From positions 3,410,001 through 3,474,000 of the forward strand of contig CATNEN010000033.1 in the NCBI GenBank assembly GCA_950097015.1: a DNA stretch of 64,000 nucleotides, given 5' to 3'. The notes beneath the pieces are model-generated. The model searched no databases, was not told where the DNA came from, and saw nothing but the letters and a program-made list of their open reading frames with translations. A program made the position numbers and the translations under genes. Source of the stretch: Macrostomum hystrix (taxonomy: Eukaryota; Animalia; Platyhelminthes). Shown in pieces: positions 48,101 to 58,700 of this stretch; position 1 is the stretch's first letter, and the number at the start of each line of letters is the position of its first letter.

Positions 48101-51100
48101 GGATGGAGGGAGGGAGTGGAGGGCGGTCTGGCCACTTGGCAATAAGCCAAATAGAAGCTGCCTGCATTGCGAAGGGGTGGCTGCGCTGCCTGCCAAGTGG
48201 GCCGGGTGGGAGTTGGGAGGCAGGACTGGGCGAAACTCGAATAAGAAACTAAGCGAACAGCTGAAGCAACAGTGGGGAGCAAAAACAGCAAACTGGGAGA
48301 AGAAAAGTTTGCGAGGGGTGTGCGCAGAATCTGACGGACAGACAAGGATTTGAGCGGACCAGATGGACCATAGGGAGGAGGCCAAAGTGCAGAAGGGCCT
48401 AGACAGATGGACACATAGATGCATGAGTGTTAGCTGAGGAGCAGTGATTAGATTCAACGCGTCCCGACTCTGATGGGATCAAATTGTAAGGAAACAAATT
48501 TCCAGTGGCTCGTTTCTGATCTACAAAACATCGAAAAAGACAATATGGGAGCATTAAATAGGTGCTCATCTGAAAATTATTTTACCAACTTCAACATGGA
48601 CGAGGACAATGAAAAGTGCATCAAGGAAGACAGAGGCAGGTGTCACAAAACTGGAGCGCAAACGAGCTGGGGGATGTTCTCCCAGTGGAATAACTGGAGT
48701 ATTCTCACTGGTGACTGGGATCGGGAGGCCGTATGAAGACAAGTGACCCAGTACGAGGGACTGCTCCGATGAGCAATGCACCTAAAACGATGAGCACACA
48801 GACATAACACACGCTCAGTCACTGAGTCAGTGAGTCACTGGCGTCATTTAGTTAGCATAATAATAACTCACTGCTAAATAATTGATCGATTACCAGGCCT
48901 GCAGAAAAGTGGAGCAGCGGCCAGTCTATTTATAGCACTGATATATACGCCACTCTAGGGATAATATATGAAGCAGGAAAATCTCTGCTAGCTGGGAAAT
49001 CGATAATTTAACAAATTCTTGGCTTACACTTACACAGACGCTTTGCTAGCCGATTGTTAATAGCTTGCGCTTTAGACAAATGCCGATAGCTAACAGAGAA
49101 TGACGCACTGCTAGCTGCTGACAGGACGGGGGAAGTCCCAGTTTCTTTACTATGAGTTTAAAACGTTGCGCGGCTCGCTTGAGCTGTGAGCGGGCGAGTG
49201 TATCGGGTCCGGCGTGGGGAGGAGAAACCAAAGAGAGAGTCAGAGGCGGCAGAGCTGGAGGAGGGAACGGAATGAGGAGGAAGGAGGCAGCGAGTCACTT
49301 GGAGAGCAGGAGAGAGACGGAACAGTTGGGGGAGAATTCGCCGCACTTGGGATTTGCTCCAACGCCCGCTACACAGAGGGATTCAAAGAGGCGAACGAGG
49401 ACTGAGGACTAGGGGCTAAATAACTGGGAAATAGGCAGGAGGGGAGGCGAGGTGGCTGGCAGCACTGGAGAAGGGAGCGCGTGACCGGCGGAGAGGGGTG
49501 ACCGAAATGCAGGTTTCCATCGAGGCCTGTTCCCTGCCACCACACACGCACACACACACACTCACACACTGGGATGGCCGGCAGGGCAGACAGCGGAATG
49601 CGAAAATATCCTCAACGACAAATGGGCTGCTGCGACGGCTAGGCTGGACAGGGGCGCGCGGAGGAGGCGGGATACAGAGGAGGAGATGCGAGGGTAGGAT
49701 TGTGGGGTGGTAGACACTGATATCCCAGCATTGGGTTGGGACTGACGCTGACACTGGTCACTGAATCCTGCAGATTTATCCCCATAAATGCACAGGGATT
49801 TCATCGAAGCAGGAAATTCGGACTATCGAGGCTAACCAACTATAGGCAAGTCGGAGGGAGGCAGGCAGGCGGAGCAACTTGCCAGTTCAAGAGGACCAGT
49901 CAAATATGAAATCGGCTTTGGCTACCGAAAAATAACTCCATGGGAAAGCTGCCAGCAGGCAGTTCTAATTATGACGCAACTTTTTCAGTGATAGGAAAAC
50001 TGTAGATGATCCAAGCATGCGGAAAAAGAAATTAAAAAAGTATGGAACCCCAACCTCTCCCAGTGAAATAATTAAGCCAATATTCTCCCCCTGTTGTTAG
50101 ATCACTAGAAGTTCGGATTGATATTTGAGCCATCTGAAATCCCAATTCATCCCAAAAGGGATATTTGAGCCAGCTGAATCCCCAATTCACCCCAAAAGGG
50201 ATATTTGAGACAACTGAATTCCCAATTCATCCCAAAAGGGATATTTGAGCCAGCTGAATCCCCAATTCACCCTAAAGGAATATTTGAGCCAACTGAATTC
50301 CCAATTCATCCCAAAAGGGATATTTGAGCCAGCTGAAATCCCAATTCATCCCAAAAGGATATTTGAGCCAACTGAATTCCCAATTCATCCCAAAAGGGAT
50401 ATTTGAGCCAGCTGAAATCCCAATTCACCCCAAAAGGGATATTTCAGCCAGCTGAATCCCCAATTCACCCCAAAAGGGATATTTGAGCCAACTGAATTCC
50501 CAATTCATCCCAAAAGGGATATTTGAGCCAGCTGAATCCCCAATTCACCCTAAAAGGAATATTTGAGCCAACTGAATTCCCAATTCATCCCAAAAGGGAT
50601 ATTTGAGCCAGCTGAAATCCCAATTCATCCCAAAAGGATATTTGAGCCAACTGAATTCCCAATTCATCCCAAAAGGGATATTTGAGCCAGCTGAAATCCC
50701 AATTCATCCCAAAAGGGATATTTGAGCCAGCTGAATCCCCAATTCACCCTAAAAGGAATATTTGAGCCAACTGAATTCCCAATTCATCTCAAAAGGGATA
50801 TTTGAGCCAGCTGAAATCCCAATTCATCCCAAAAGGGATATTTGAACCAGCTGAAATCCCAATTCATCCCAAAAGGGATATTTGAGCCAGCTGAAATCCC
50901 AATTCATCCCAAAAGGGATATTTGAGCCAGCTGAATTCCCAATTCATCCCAAAAGGGATATTTGAGCCAGCTGAATCCCCAATTCACCACAAAAGGGATA
51001 TTTGAGCCAGCTGAAATCCCAATTCACCCCATAGGGATATTTGAGCCAGCTGAAATCCCAATTCATCCCAAAAGGGATATTTGAGCCAGCTGAATCCCCA

Positions 51101-54100
51101 ATTCACCCCATAGGGATATTTGAGCCAGCTGAAATCCCAATTCATCCCAAAAGGGATATTTGAGCCAGCTGAAATCCCAATTCATCCCAAAAGGGATATT
51201 TGAGCCAGCTGAATCCCCAATTCACCCCAAAAGGGATATTTGAGCCAGCTGAATCCCCAATTCACCCCAAAAGGGATATTTGAGCCAACTGAATTCCCTA
51301 TTTTCCTCAAATGCGAATCCAAAATACCTAGAATCACAAATGTGGAAGTCAAGCTAACTTGAAGTCCCAATTCCTACTTAAAGGAAATTTTGTAGTGTAG
51401 CATAGCAGTAGCGAATTATCCCAAGGGAAATAGTTGAGCGAATCAGTCTTACTTAGTAAGTACAATTTAAAACAGAGAACCCCAGCTCCCAATCCAGTTT
51501 TATTAATGTATTAATTTGCATGCAAATGGTTATACAATGCTTAAAAATTCGCTCATCACTTACAAATTTAAAGTATGCACTTGCTGAAACGAAAATTCCA
51601 CTTACATGATATCCTCCAATGCTTTTAAAAGAAGCAGGTGAAAGTTACCTAACTAGAGGCGAAGAGATTTTTCATGCTCACCACGAAAAAATAGGAAAGA
51701 TTAGCATAATCACAGACTCATCATCTTGATGAGGCTAGAATCCACCTGACACTCGTCCCTTCCACTCGAAATTCTCCCTAAAGGGTAATGGCCCCAAATT
51801 CATTAGGGAAAGCCGCAGCGCCCAACCCCACAGGTACAGGGAGGAACCTGCTCATACCGTGCTCACACCAACTCAGCTGTCAAATTGGATATTCAGCTTA
51901 AACCACAAGCCATCGCCGTTCTCATAAATCATCACTATACGCACGCCAAACATTATACGTAACTATTTAATTAGTAAGCTAAATACCTCGCGCCAAAATT
52001 CACACAGAAATGTTGCACTCGCAAATTTAGTTAGCAGACTAAGGCAAAGCGATATTGTCACCTGTCTCAGCTGTCGTCTGATGAATTTACAATGAGGAAA
52101 AATTAATTTAAAAAAATGCACAGAGGACCTTAGAAAATTTTTTTTGTGCCGCGTGATGAACTAAAATAAACACAATAACAAAGACCGCAAGCTGGCGTCT
52201 GTGCGTAAGCTGTGGAGAAGCTGTGGAGAGGCGAAATTTAAGCCAGTGTGGGATGCCAGGGTAGGGGGTGTGGGATGCCAGGGTAGGGGGTGTGGGATGC
52301 CAGGGTAGGGGGTGTGGGATGCCAGGGTAGGGGGTGTGGGATGCCAGGGTAGGGGGTGTGGGATGCCAGGGTAGGGGGTGTGGGATGCCAGGGTAGGGGG
52401 TGTGGGATGCCAGGGTAGGGGGTGTGGGATGCCAGGGTAGGGGGTGTGGGATGCCAGGGTAGGGGGTGTGGGATGCCAGGGTAGGGGGTGTGGGATGCCA
52501 GGGTAGGGGGGTGTGGGATGCCAGGGTAGGGGATGTGGGATGCCAGGGTAGGGGGTGTGGGATGCCAGGGTAGGGGGTGTGGGATGCCAGGGTAGGGGGT
52601 GTGGGATGCCAGGGTAGGGGGTGTGGGATGCCAGGGTAGGGGGTGTGGGATGCCAGGGTAGGGGGTGTGGAATTAATGCGCAATAGGCAGTGTTCTGCAA
52701 TACACTCTAGTTTAGTGACATTTCGTCTGGGCAAGCTGCACAAGCGTTAAAAACTGATTTAGCACAAAAATTTAGGCACAAAATGCTAATCAGCCTACTT
52801 ATGAAAAGTAGCTAGAAGCTCAGGTGAGAACAAGCGACCGGTTAAGAATAGCCTTATAACAAAGAGAGCGGGGACTACCTGCTACTTCAAGCAGTTAAAG
52901 GAATTTCCATTTGCATCACCGAGTAACTGGTTGACCCGCACTGGCTGGCCCGAAGAGGCTCCAAAGTCGATATGTATCGAAAATCGAAATAGTCTGGACT
53001 CATGGGAGAGAGCAGCTTAACAGAGATGACCAGGGGGATATTTCAAACAACAATTTGCTTCATTTTTCTGTATCTCTAAAAAAGCTCAACCAATCGGCAT
53101 GAAAATGCTCTATCCGATGTGACAACTTTTGGAATCAGAAAATATCGTGAAGTAGGCAGTGGCTATTCGAAATACTCCGTAGTCTTTCTACTGTTAAAGT
53201 TACTCTCATCCGCAATAGGAGCTGCTGCCTAAATTCAGTTCGGAGTAAATTTGACTATTTGTAAGAAGCGAGAGAATTCCATAGCAGAGCATGTCTAGAG
53301 ATAATTTAACTTACCAGGTCTGAGCACTTGGTAGCGACTAAAGCTGAGGCATAATCTGAACTGAATTGGTGAACGATATGCTTAATAGAGTACTGATAGT
53401 AGGTAGACACACAGTATGCGCTGGCGCGTTCTATTAGTAGCTACTTTTGTTACAAATAAGCATGGGCAACGCTTTTTGATGACAGTATTCAACCTCACCT
53501 GCTGGGGTCCGGTCGCATCGCCTTGACCAAAATGTCCAGCAAAACCATTGCGTCCAGCAGCAGGCGGGGCCGGATGCCTCTGCTGCTGAGGCCCGCCTTG
53601 GCGACCTACGCCGCCATTGCCATAGTAACCACTGGACTGATTCTGAATTATCGGCTGCTGCTGCTTCCAGCCATTCGACATGCCGTAACCATTTCCTGTG
53701 TAAGAATGCATCTGGCTGGGATGCGGCTGATACTGATAATGCTGCTGCTGCATCGGCGACGGGCCTCTCTGCCGCTGTCCCCTGCCAAAGCCGTTGCCGT
53801 TCGGCCGACCAGGTGAGCCGCCCCCGAAGCCGGAGGCCTGCTGCTGATCCGACTGGTAACAGGTTGACCCGAAATACCTTGACTTAGAGGTTTACCTTAG
53901 GTTCCTACAGCCCTACAGTCTTAGGTTCAGGATCTGGGAGAATGAGAGGCTCAATTTGAGGATCTGGGAGAATGAGAGGCTCAATTTGAGGATCTGAGAA
54001 TGAGAGGCTCAATTTGAGGATCTGAGAATGAGAGGCTCAATTTGAGGATCTGGGAGAATGACAAGCTTAATTTTAGGACTCTGGAAAAAGTAAAAGTAAA

Positions 54101-54634
54101 GATAATTTGGGAGAACAGAAAGCTCAATTTGAGGATCTGGGAGAATGACAGGCTAAATTTGGGATCCAGGAGAACGGCAAGCTCAATTCGAGGATCTGGG
54201 AGAATGACAGGCTAAATTTGGGATCTAGGAGAACGGCAAGCTCAATTCGAGGATCTGGGAGAATGACATGCTAAATTTGGGATCTAGGAGAACGGCAAGC
54301 TCAATTTGAGGATCTGGGAGAATGACATGCTAAATTTGGGATCTAGGAGAACGGCAAGCTCAATTCGAGGATCTGGGAGAATGACAGGGTAAATTTGGGA
54401 TCTAGGAGAACGGCAAGCTCAATTTGAGGATCTGGAGCATGATGGGCTCAATTCGCATATCTACGAGCTTATTTGTTGCACTGAAATTGCACTCACTGAT
54501 CGGGGAGTATAGCTTGGTCGAGACTTAAAGCGCTGGTCGGCTGCAGCAGATTCATTGTGTCTGTCTGCAATCTCAGTGGTCACTTCAGTGTTGGATCCAT
54601 TGCCCCTGCAGTTGCTAGGCGCAGCTGCTGTCAT
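26724..54634 (-). CDS. shep: RBMS/MSSP family (alan shepard-like) two-RRM RNA-binding protein; exons 54634-54497, 53852-53499, 46682-46449, 32988-32757, 32167-32061, 29549-29334, 28220-27513, 26933-26724
   Basis: RRM1 SNTNLYIRGL...STKAVMDEQTGQCK|GYGFVDF; linker YAR|ESEKDPTNIYIKNLP; RRM2 GAGFIRF...EAKLADK, as in RBMS1-3/Shep; all junctions GT/AG with compatible phases; stop at 26726-26724. The three 5' exons are lower confidence. Confidence 0.88.
26965..27500. repeat. 24-bp minisatellite (actgagctggtgtgcctactcaac) filling almost the whole last RBMS intron
   Basis: About 22 copies; starts about 13 nt after the donor and ends at the polypyrimidine tract. Confidence 0.98.
28330..29318. repeat. 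Composite G-rich minisatellite (gagtcgggtcagaggtgggtcatg, 24 bp, interleaved with gtgaaacaggtccagag)
   Basis: Direct periodicity; begins about 15 nt after the donor at 29333. Confidence 0.96.
29697..30419. mobile_element. Non-autonomous hAT (Charlie-like) MITE with an internal 16-bp minisatellite
   Basis: TIRs caggggtaggcaaact and agtttgccgacccctg (15/16 match); perfect 8-bp TSD gtttatat at 29689-29696 and 30420-30427; subterminal ggcccgcgggcc palindrome. Confidence 0.92.
29785..30325. repeat. 16-bp purine-rich minisatellite (agagatgagacacggg) inside the hAT MITE
   Basis: Direct periodicity; same family as 35190-35930. Confidence 0.97.
30725..31210. mobile_element. Degenerate DNA-transposon/MITE-like remnant, possibly Tc1/mariner-related; shorter relative at about 53030-53200
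   Basis: Starts ggggtgttccaaac; shares tgtatctc..aaa..tcaaccaatcg.catgaaa, gctctatccgatg..acaact and aggcagtgg.tatt.gaaata with 53060-53180. Confidence 0.45.
32345..32730. repeat. 21-bp minisatellite (gtgtgacagatgtggaagagg) in the intron that splits RRM1
   Basis: Direct periodicity; begins about 25 nt after the donor at 32756. Confidence 0.97.
33121..33183. repeat. Pure (CAG)21 microsatellite, read as (CUG)21 in the RBMS pre-mRNA
   Basis: Counted directly; about 130 nt upstream of the 32988 acceptor. Confidence 0.98.
35190..35930. repeat. 16-bp purine-rich minisatellite (agagatgagacacatg and agagatgagataccag variants)
   Basis: Direct periodicity; same family as the array inside the hAT MITE but without TIRs. 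Confidence 0.97.
36460..37190. repeat. 33-bp minisatellite (gataactgcggagttcctgattagacagtccct) with shorter variant units
   Basis: Direct periodicity; starts about 30 nt after the donor of the 37221 exon. Confidence 0.97.
37221..37319 (-). CDS. shep: Probable alternative first coding exon of the RBMS/shep gene (MVMKRRHQDIYSAYALSAAAAGDLHLRLPLMAV)
   Basis: ATG-initiated 99-nt frame ending at a phase-0 GTGAGG donor, compatible with the 32988 acceptor. Confidence 0.55.
38535..39620. repeat. Minisatellite grading from a 23-bp unit into a 35-bp unit (ctgacagtctgactgaagaagtcctactgaccata)
   Basis: Direct periodicity; the left end shares gaccatactgacag with the 40250 array. Confidence 0.96.
40250..41900. 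repeat. 23-bp minisatellite (gacagactttagctggccatact), about 70 copies
   Basis: Direct periodicity with variant blocks and degenerate edges. Confidence 0.97.
42700..43345. repeat. Imperfect polypurine (GA-rich) tandem repeat, pyrimidine-rich on the RBMS sense strand
   Basis: ggagagagagggaagacaggggagagaagacaag-type units. Confidence 0.9.
44680..45520. repeat. 31-bp minisatellite (aatggcaatcccaaacctgaataactgggat), about 26 copies
   Basis: Direct periodicity. Confidence 0.97.
46850..47220. repeat. 29-bp minisatellite (tgaggatctgggagagtggcagctcaacc), about 12 copies
   Basis: Direct periodicity; related to 53925-54440. Confidence 0.96.
50130..51300. repeat. 39-40-bp minisatellite (cccaattcatcccaaaagggatatttgagccagctgaaat), about 29 copies
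   Basis: Direct periodicity. Confidence 0.97.
52247..52670. repeat. 22-bp G-rich minisatellite (tgggatgccagggtagggggtg), about 19 copies
   Basis: Near-perfect periodicity. Confidence 0.98.
53925..54440. repeat. 29-30-bp minisatellite (tgaggatctgggagaatgagaggctcaatt) with a 59-bp dimeric higher-order unit, filling the first RBMS coding intron
   Basis: Direct periodicity; shares tgaggatctgggaga...gctcaa with 46850-47220. Confidence 0.94.
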
Positions 54635-55591
54635 TTGGTCCAGTTCCTAAAGATTTTTGTTATTAAAAAAATTAGCAGCTTTTTACTATTCATGAAATAA
54701 GACAAAAAAATTATTTTATAATACTAATATTAAGTTTACTGGTCTTCTTACATTAGCCACAGCCTCTACAGACTCCTCGTTGGCAGTGCTTGGTGCTTTT
54801 GAATGTTCATTGTCACCATCCATCCTTCAGTAGTGCTAGAACTTGCTGCAGCAAACTGGAAATAATTATAAGTATGCTTAAGTATTTGCGAATTTTGTTA
54901 TGTCATGTGCCTAATCCTTATATGATGTGCATACAAATGTATGCCACAAAGTTTATATTTGTGGTTCTAAACCGCAAAGTGGCAAATGTGCCAAAATTGC
55001 CACCTCTAAATAGAATGTAACAAATAGAAATATAAATAGAGTGTAAGAAAATAAATGTAAGCTATGTTTTCACCTTTGCAGTACTTAAATCATTTCAGTT
55101 TAAAAATGTAACTAAAACAAAAAAAGTCTAAAATCAAAAAAGAGTTTTTCATCACAACTTTGAAATTAAAATTTTGAACTCATTTTTTGTATCATTTTTG
55201 TAACACCTACAAATAGATATAAGCAAGAATAAAACCTTAAATTACATAGACATTATTATTTAAAAACTATAAAGTAGGCCCTTTTATAAGAGCACTTCAT
55301 ATACAATTACATATAAAGGAGTGCCAAATTGAACATACATGTGAGCAGATCAATATTCTCACAAAGCAAGGACCCGTGCATTATTGAAACATATTTAATA
55401 AATAAAGTAAACATGTCAATTGGCTAGGCTATCGCCAATTTTCATCATAACTATAGTTATAGCCATAGTCTTACATTATTATGAATATAGAATGTGAAAA
55501 TTTTGGGCACCAATATTTAGTTGTTTCTCTCATTATGTTTTGCTGAAAAAAACAAAAAATTAATTTTTTGAATTGTTTATTGTTAAAATAC

Positions 55592-55796
55592 TGTAAGAGA
55601 CGCGAATTAAGCTTCAGACTCGAAGTATATTTTGTCACTCATAATGCGATGCTCATAATAAATAGATGCGAAGAATACGATCGATAGGCCTAAAAACTAC
55701 CCACCCCTATGGGGTGGCGTACCAGTACACTCGCGAGATGTACAACCACGAACGCAAGTGCTGGAGAGATGTACGTGCCTCACAAGGGCCTTTACA
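55592..55796 (-). repeat. 3' LTR of the Gypsy element (205 bp)
   Basis: tgtaa...ttaca termini; direct repeat of 59400-59610. Confidence 0.93.
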
Positions 55797-58700
55797 CTCT
55801 CAATGCCGGAGCACGACGCTGGTCACCAGGGCCTCGGCCACCGTCTTGGCGTCTATCTGACTGAGGGCCGCTGTCTCTACCCATTTTGAGAAGGTGTCGA
55901 CAAAGCACAGGATGTAACGGTTTCCGGAGGCTGTGACTGGCAGCGGGCCCTTGATGTCGAGCTGAACGACCGCCCACGGCCGCGCCGGCAGTAGTTGCCG
56001 CACCAGCTCCGCGCGCGCTCGCTTCGGTGCTTCTTTGCGGCGCTGACAGACCGGGCAGCTCCGTACCCAGTCGCGTACGTCCTCGCGAATCCCCGGTCAC
56101 CAGGCTCGTGCTCGCAGCGCCTGTAGCACCCGACGTTGTCCGAGGTGCCCCGCGCTCGGCAGGTCGTGCGCCCGTTGCAACAGCTCCGCTCGGGTATGCT
56201 GTTGAATCACCGGCAAGCAGTTGTGGAGCAGCGCACCGGCCGGCGACAGCGCCAGGCAAGGCAGCAGCTCCTGGACCGTAGCTCTCGTGGCCGCCGGAAT
56301 GACGAAATCTGGCTCGAGTATCGCGTGCCGGGCTGCGTGCAGCACCTGGTCCTGGTCTTGCTCTTTCGGAAGGTTAGTGATTTCGAACTGCACAGCCGCT
56401 GCTCGGCTTAGAGCATCCGGCACGATGTTCTCCTTACCTGGGCGGTAGAGAATAGGTAGGGGAAACTCCTGGATGAGCTGCAGCCACCTTGCCAGCCGCC
56501 CTGTTGGTTCATTGGTGTTGAGCAGCCCGGTGATCGGCTCGTGGTCGGTGAACACCTTGATCTTGCTGCTGTTGCTCAAGTACATGCGGAACTGCTTGAG
56601 GCTCCACACGATGGCTAGAAGCTCCCGGTCTGTCGTGCTGTAGCTGCGTTCCGCCTTGTTTAGCGTCCGCGACGCGTAGGCCACCGGCAGCTCTTGACCG
56701 TCGTGCTCCTGGCTGAGCACCGCGCCTAAGGCGAACGCACTGCTGTCGCAGCTGATGATGACCGGCCGGCTGAAATCAGGCAGCTGCAGCACAGGGGCCT
56801 TGGTAAGCGCGTCCTTCAGCTTTTCCAGCGCCGTTGCATACTCTGCTGTCCACTCAAAGCCGGCACCTTTCTGCGCCAGGTAGTGCAGCGGATTGGCGAT
56901 GTCGGAGAAGTTGGGCACAAACCGGCGGTAAAAGCTAAGCATGCCGATGATCCGCCGGACGTCTTCGTCAGAACGCGGCTACGGCATTCGCCTGATAGCC
57001 TCGATCTTGTCAGTGGCGGGTGCGATGCCTTTCTCGGAGACCTGGTGACCCAGGTAGGTGACGCTGCGGAAGGCGAAGCTCTTGCCAGGGTTCAGCTTCA
57101 GCTTGGCGGACCGCAGCCGCTGCAGCACCTTGGACAGCGACGCGATATGGCTCTCGAAATCTTTGTTGAAAATGATGAGGTCATCAATGTACGCAATGAC
57201 CTCCTCCCAGCTCAGGCCAGTCATGATGAGCTCCATTATTCGCTGGTACGTGGCCGGCGCATTACCATGCCGAATCCCATTTTGCGGAACTGCATGAGGC
57301 CGCTCGGGGTGTAGAACGCTGTCAGCGGTCGGTCCTCCTCCCTGACCTCCACCTGAAGGAAGCCCTGGCGCATGTCAATCGTGGAGAACCAGGAGCAGCC
57401 CGCCAGGGAGTCGAGCGCCTGGTGCAAATGCGGCAGCGGGTGAGCGTCCTTCACAGTCAGGTTGTTCAGCAACGCGGATGTCGTTGTTTTTTTTTCTGAC
57501 GATCAACAGGTTGCTGGCCCATGGGCTGGTTGAGGGCTCAATAACGCCGTGCTGCTGCATCTGCTCTAGTTTCTCGGCCACCTGCTTCCTGAAGACGTGC
57601 GGCACTCGACGTGGTCGCTGGCGGACAGGGCGCGCACCATTCTCCAGCTCAATTCTGTGCTGCGCCGCGCCACTCGTCCCGACATCGAATTCATGGGTAG
57701 ATACCACGTCGCCTAAGCCCTTCAGCAGTGCCTTCAGCCGGCTGCTGTCACCATCAGGTAGATCCGGGTTGATGTTGAACTGGTCTGTTGCGCCTCGCCA
57801 TTCGTGCACGTCCTCGTCTTCGTCGATGACATCCGCGCTCTCGAAGGTGCCGATGCTCTGGTTAGAGTAAAGGGTGACAGGACTGCAGCTCAGGTTGCAA
57901 ACTCGAACCGGAATCTTACCGCTGGCAGAGGGCACCGCGAACACGCGGCAGGGCAGCACTCCGGTCCTGTCGACGAACTCCTGCGACGGCTCGAAAATCC
58001 CTTGATCTCGCTGGGCCTCGATCGTCACGTCTACGACCTTTGTCGTCCTTGGCGGAACCACGATGGCGCCTTGGACTCTGGCGATGACCACGGTGGGCAC
58101 TATGCAGCATGCTGGCGGTGCCCGCCGCTCCGATTCGGAGTTGCTAAACGGAACGGTTGCGCCATCGAATGCAACCGTTCTAGCGCTTTGGCTGATGCTG
58201 AACTCTGACTTGGCCGCCTCGCTCACGAAGTCCATCCCAAGGATGAAGTCTGGTCGGATGCCCTTGACCACCAGCACATCCAGCCGCTGGTGCACCTGAC
58301 AGCCGAGTCGCACTGTGACGCTCGCGCTTCCAAGAAGCTCGAGGGCGGTGCCGTCCACTGACACGGGCCTGATGTCCGCCGGCTTCAACTTACAGTCGCC
58401 CAGCTCTCGCATGACAACGTGCTGATCAGCGACGTCTGCGCACCTGTGTCCAGCAGCCACCGGCACGGCTTGCTGTTTGCCGATCCCGGAATAAAAAAAT
58501 GGCGTGAAGCATTTGATTGCTCCTGGGGGTTGGTGTGGGTCCCGCACCCGTTGCACCAACCCTTAGAAGTTTACCGAGGCCTTGTGCCCGCGCCCGGAGC
58601 ACTTGTGGGAGATAAACGGGCCTGTCTTTTTCTCCCGCTGCCGGCATTGGGCTGCCAGATGTCCGTGCTGACCGCAATTGAAGCAGACGCCTCCTCGCTG

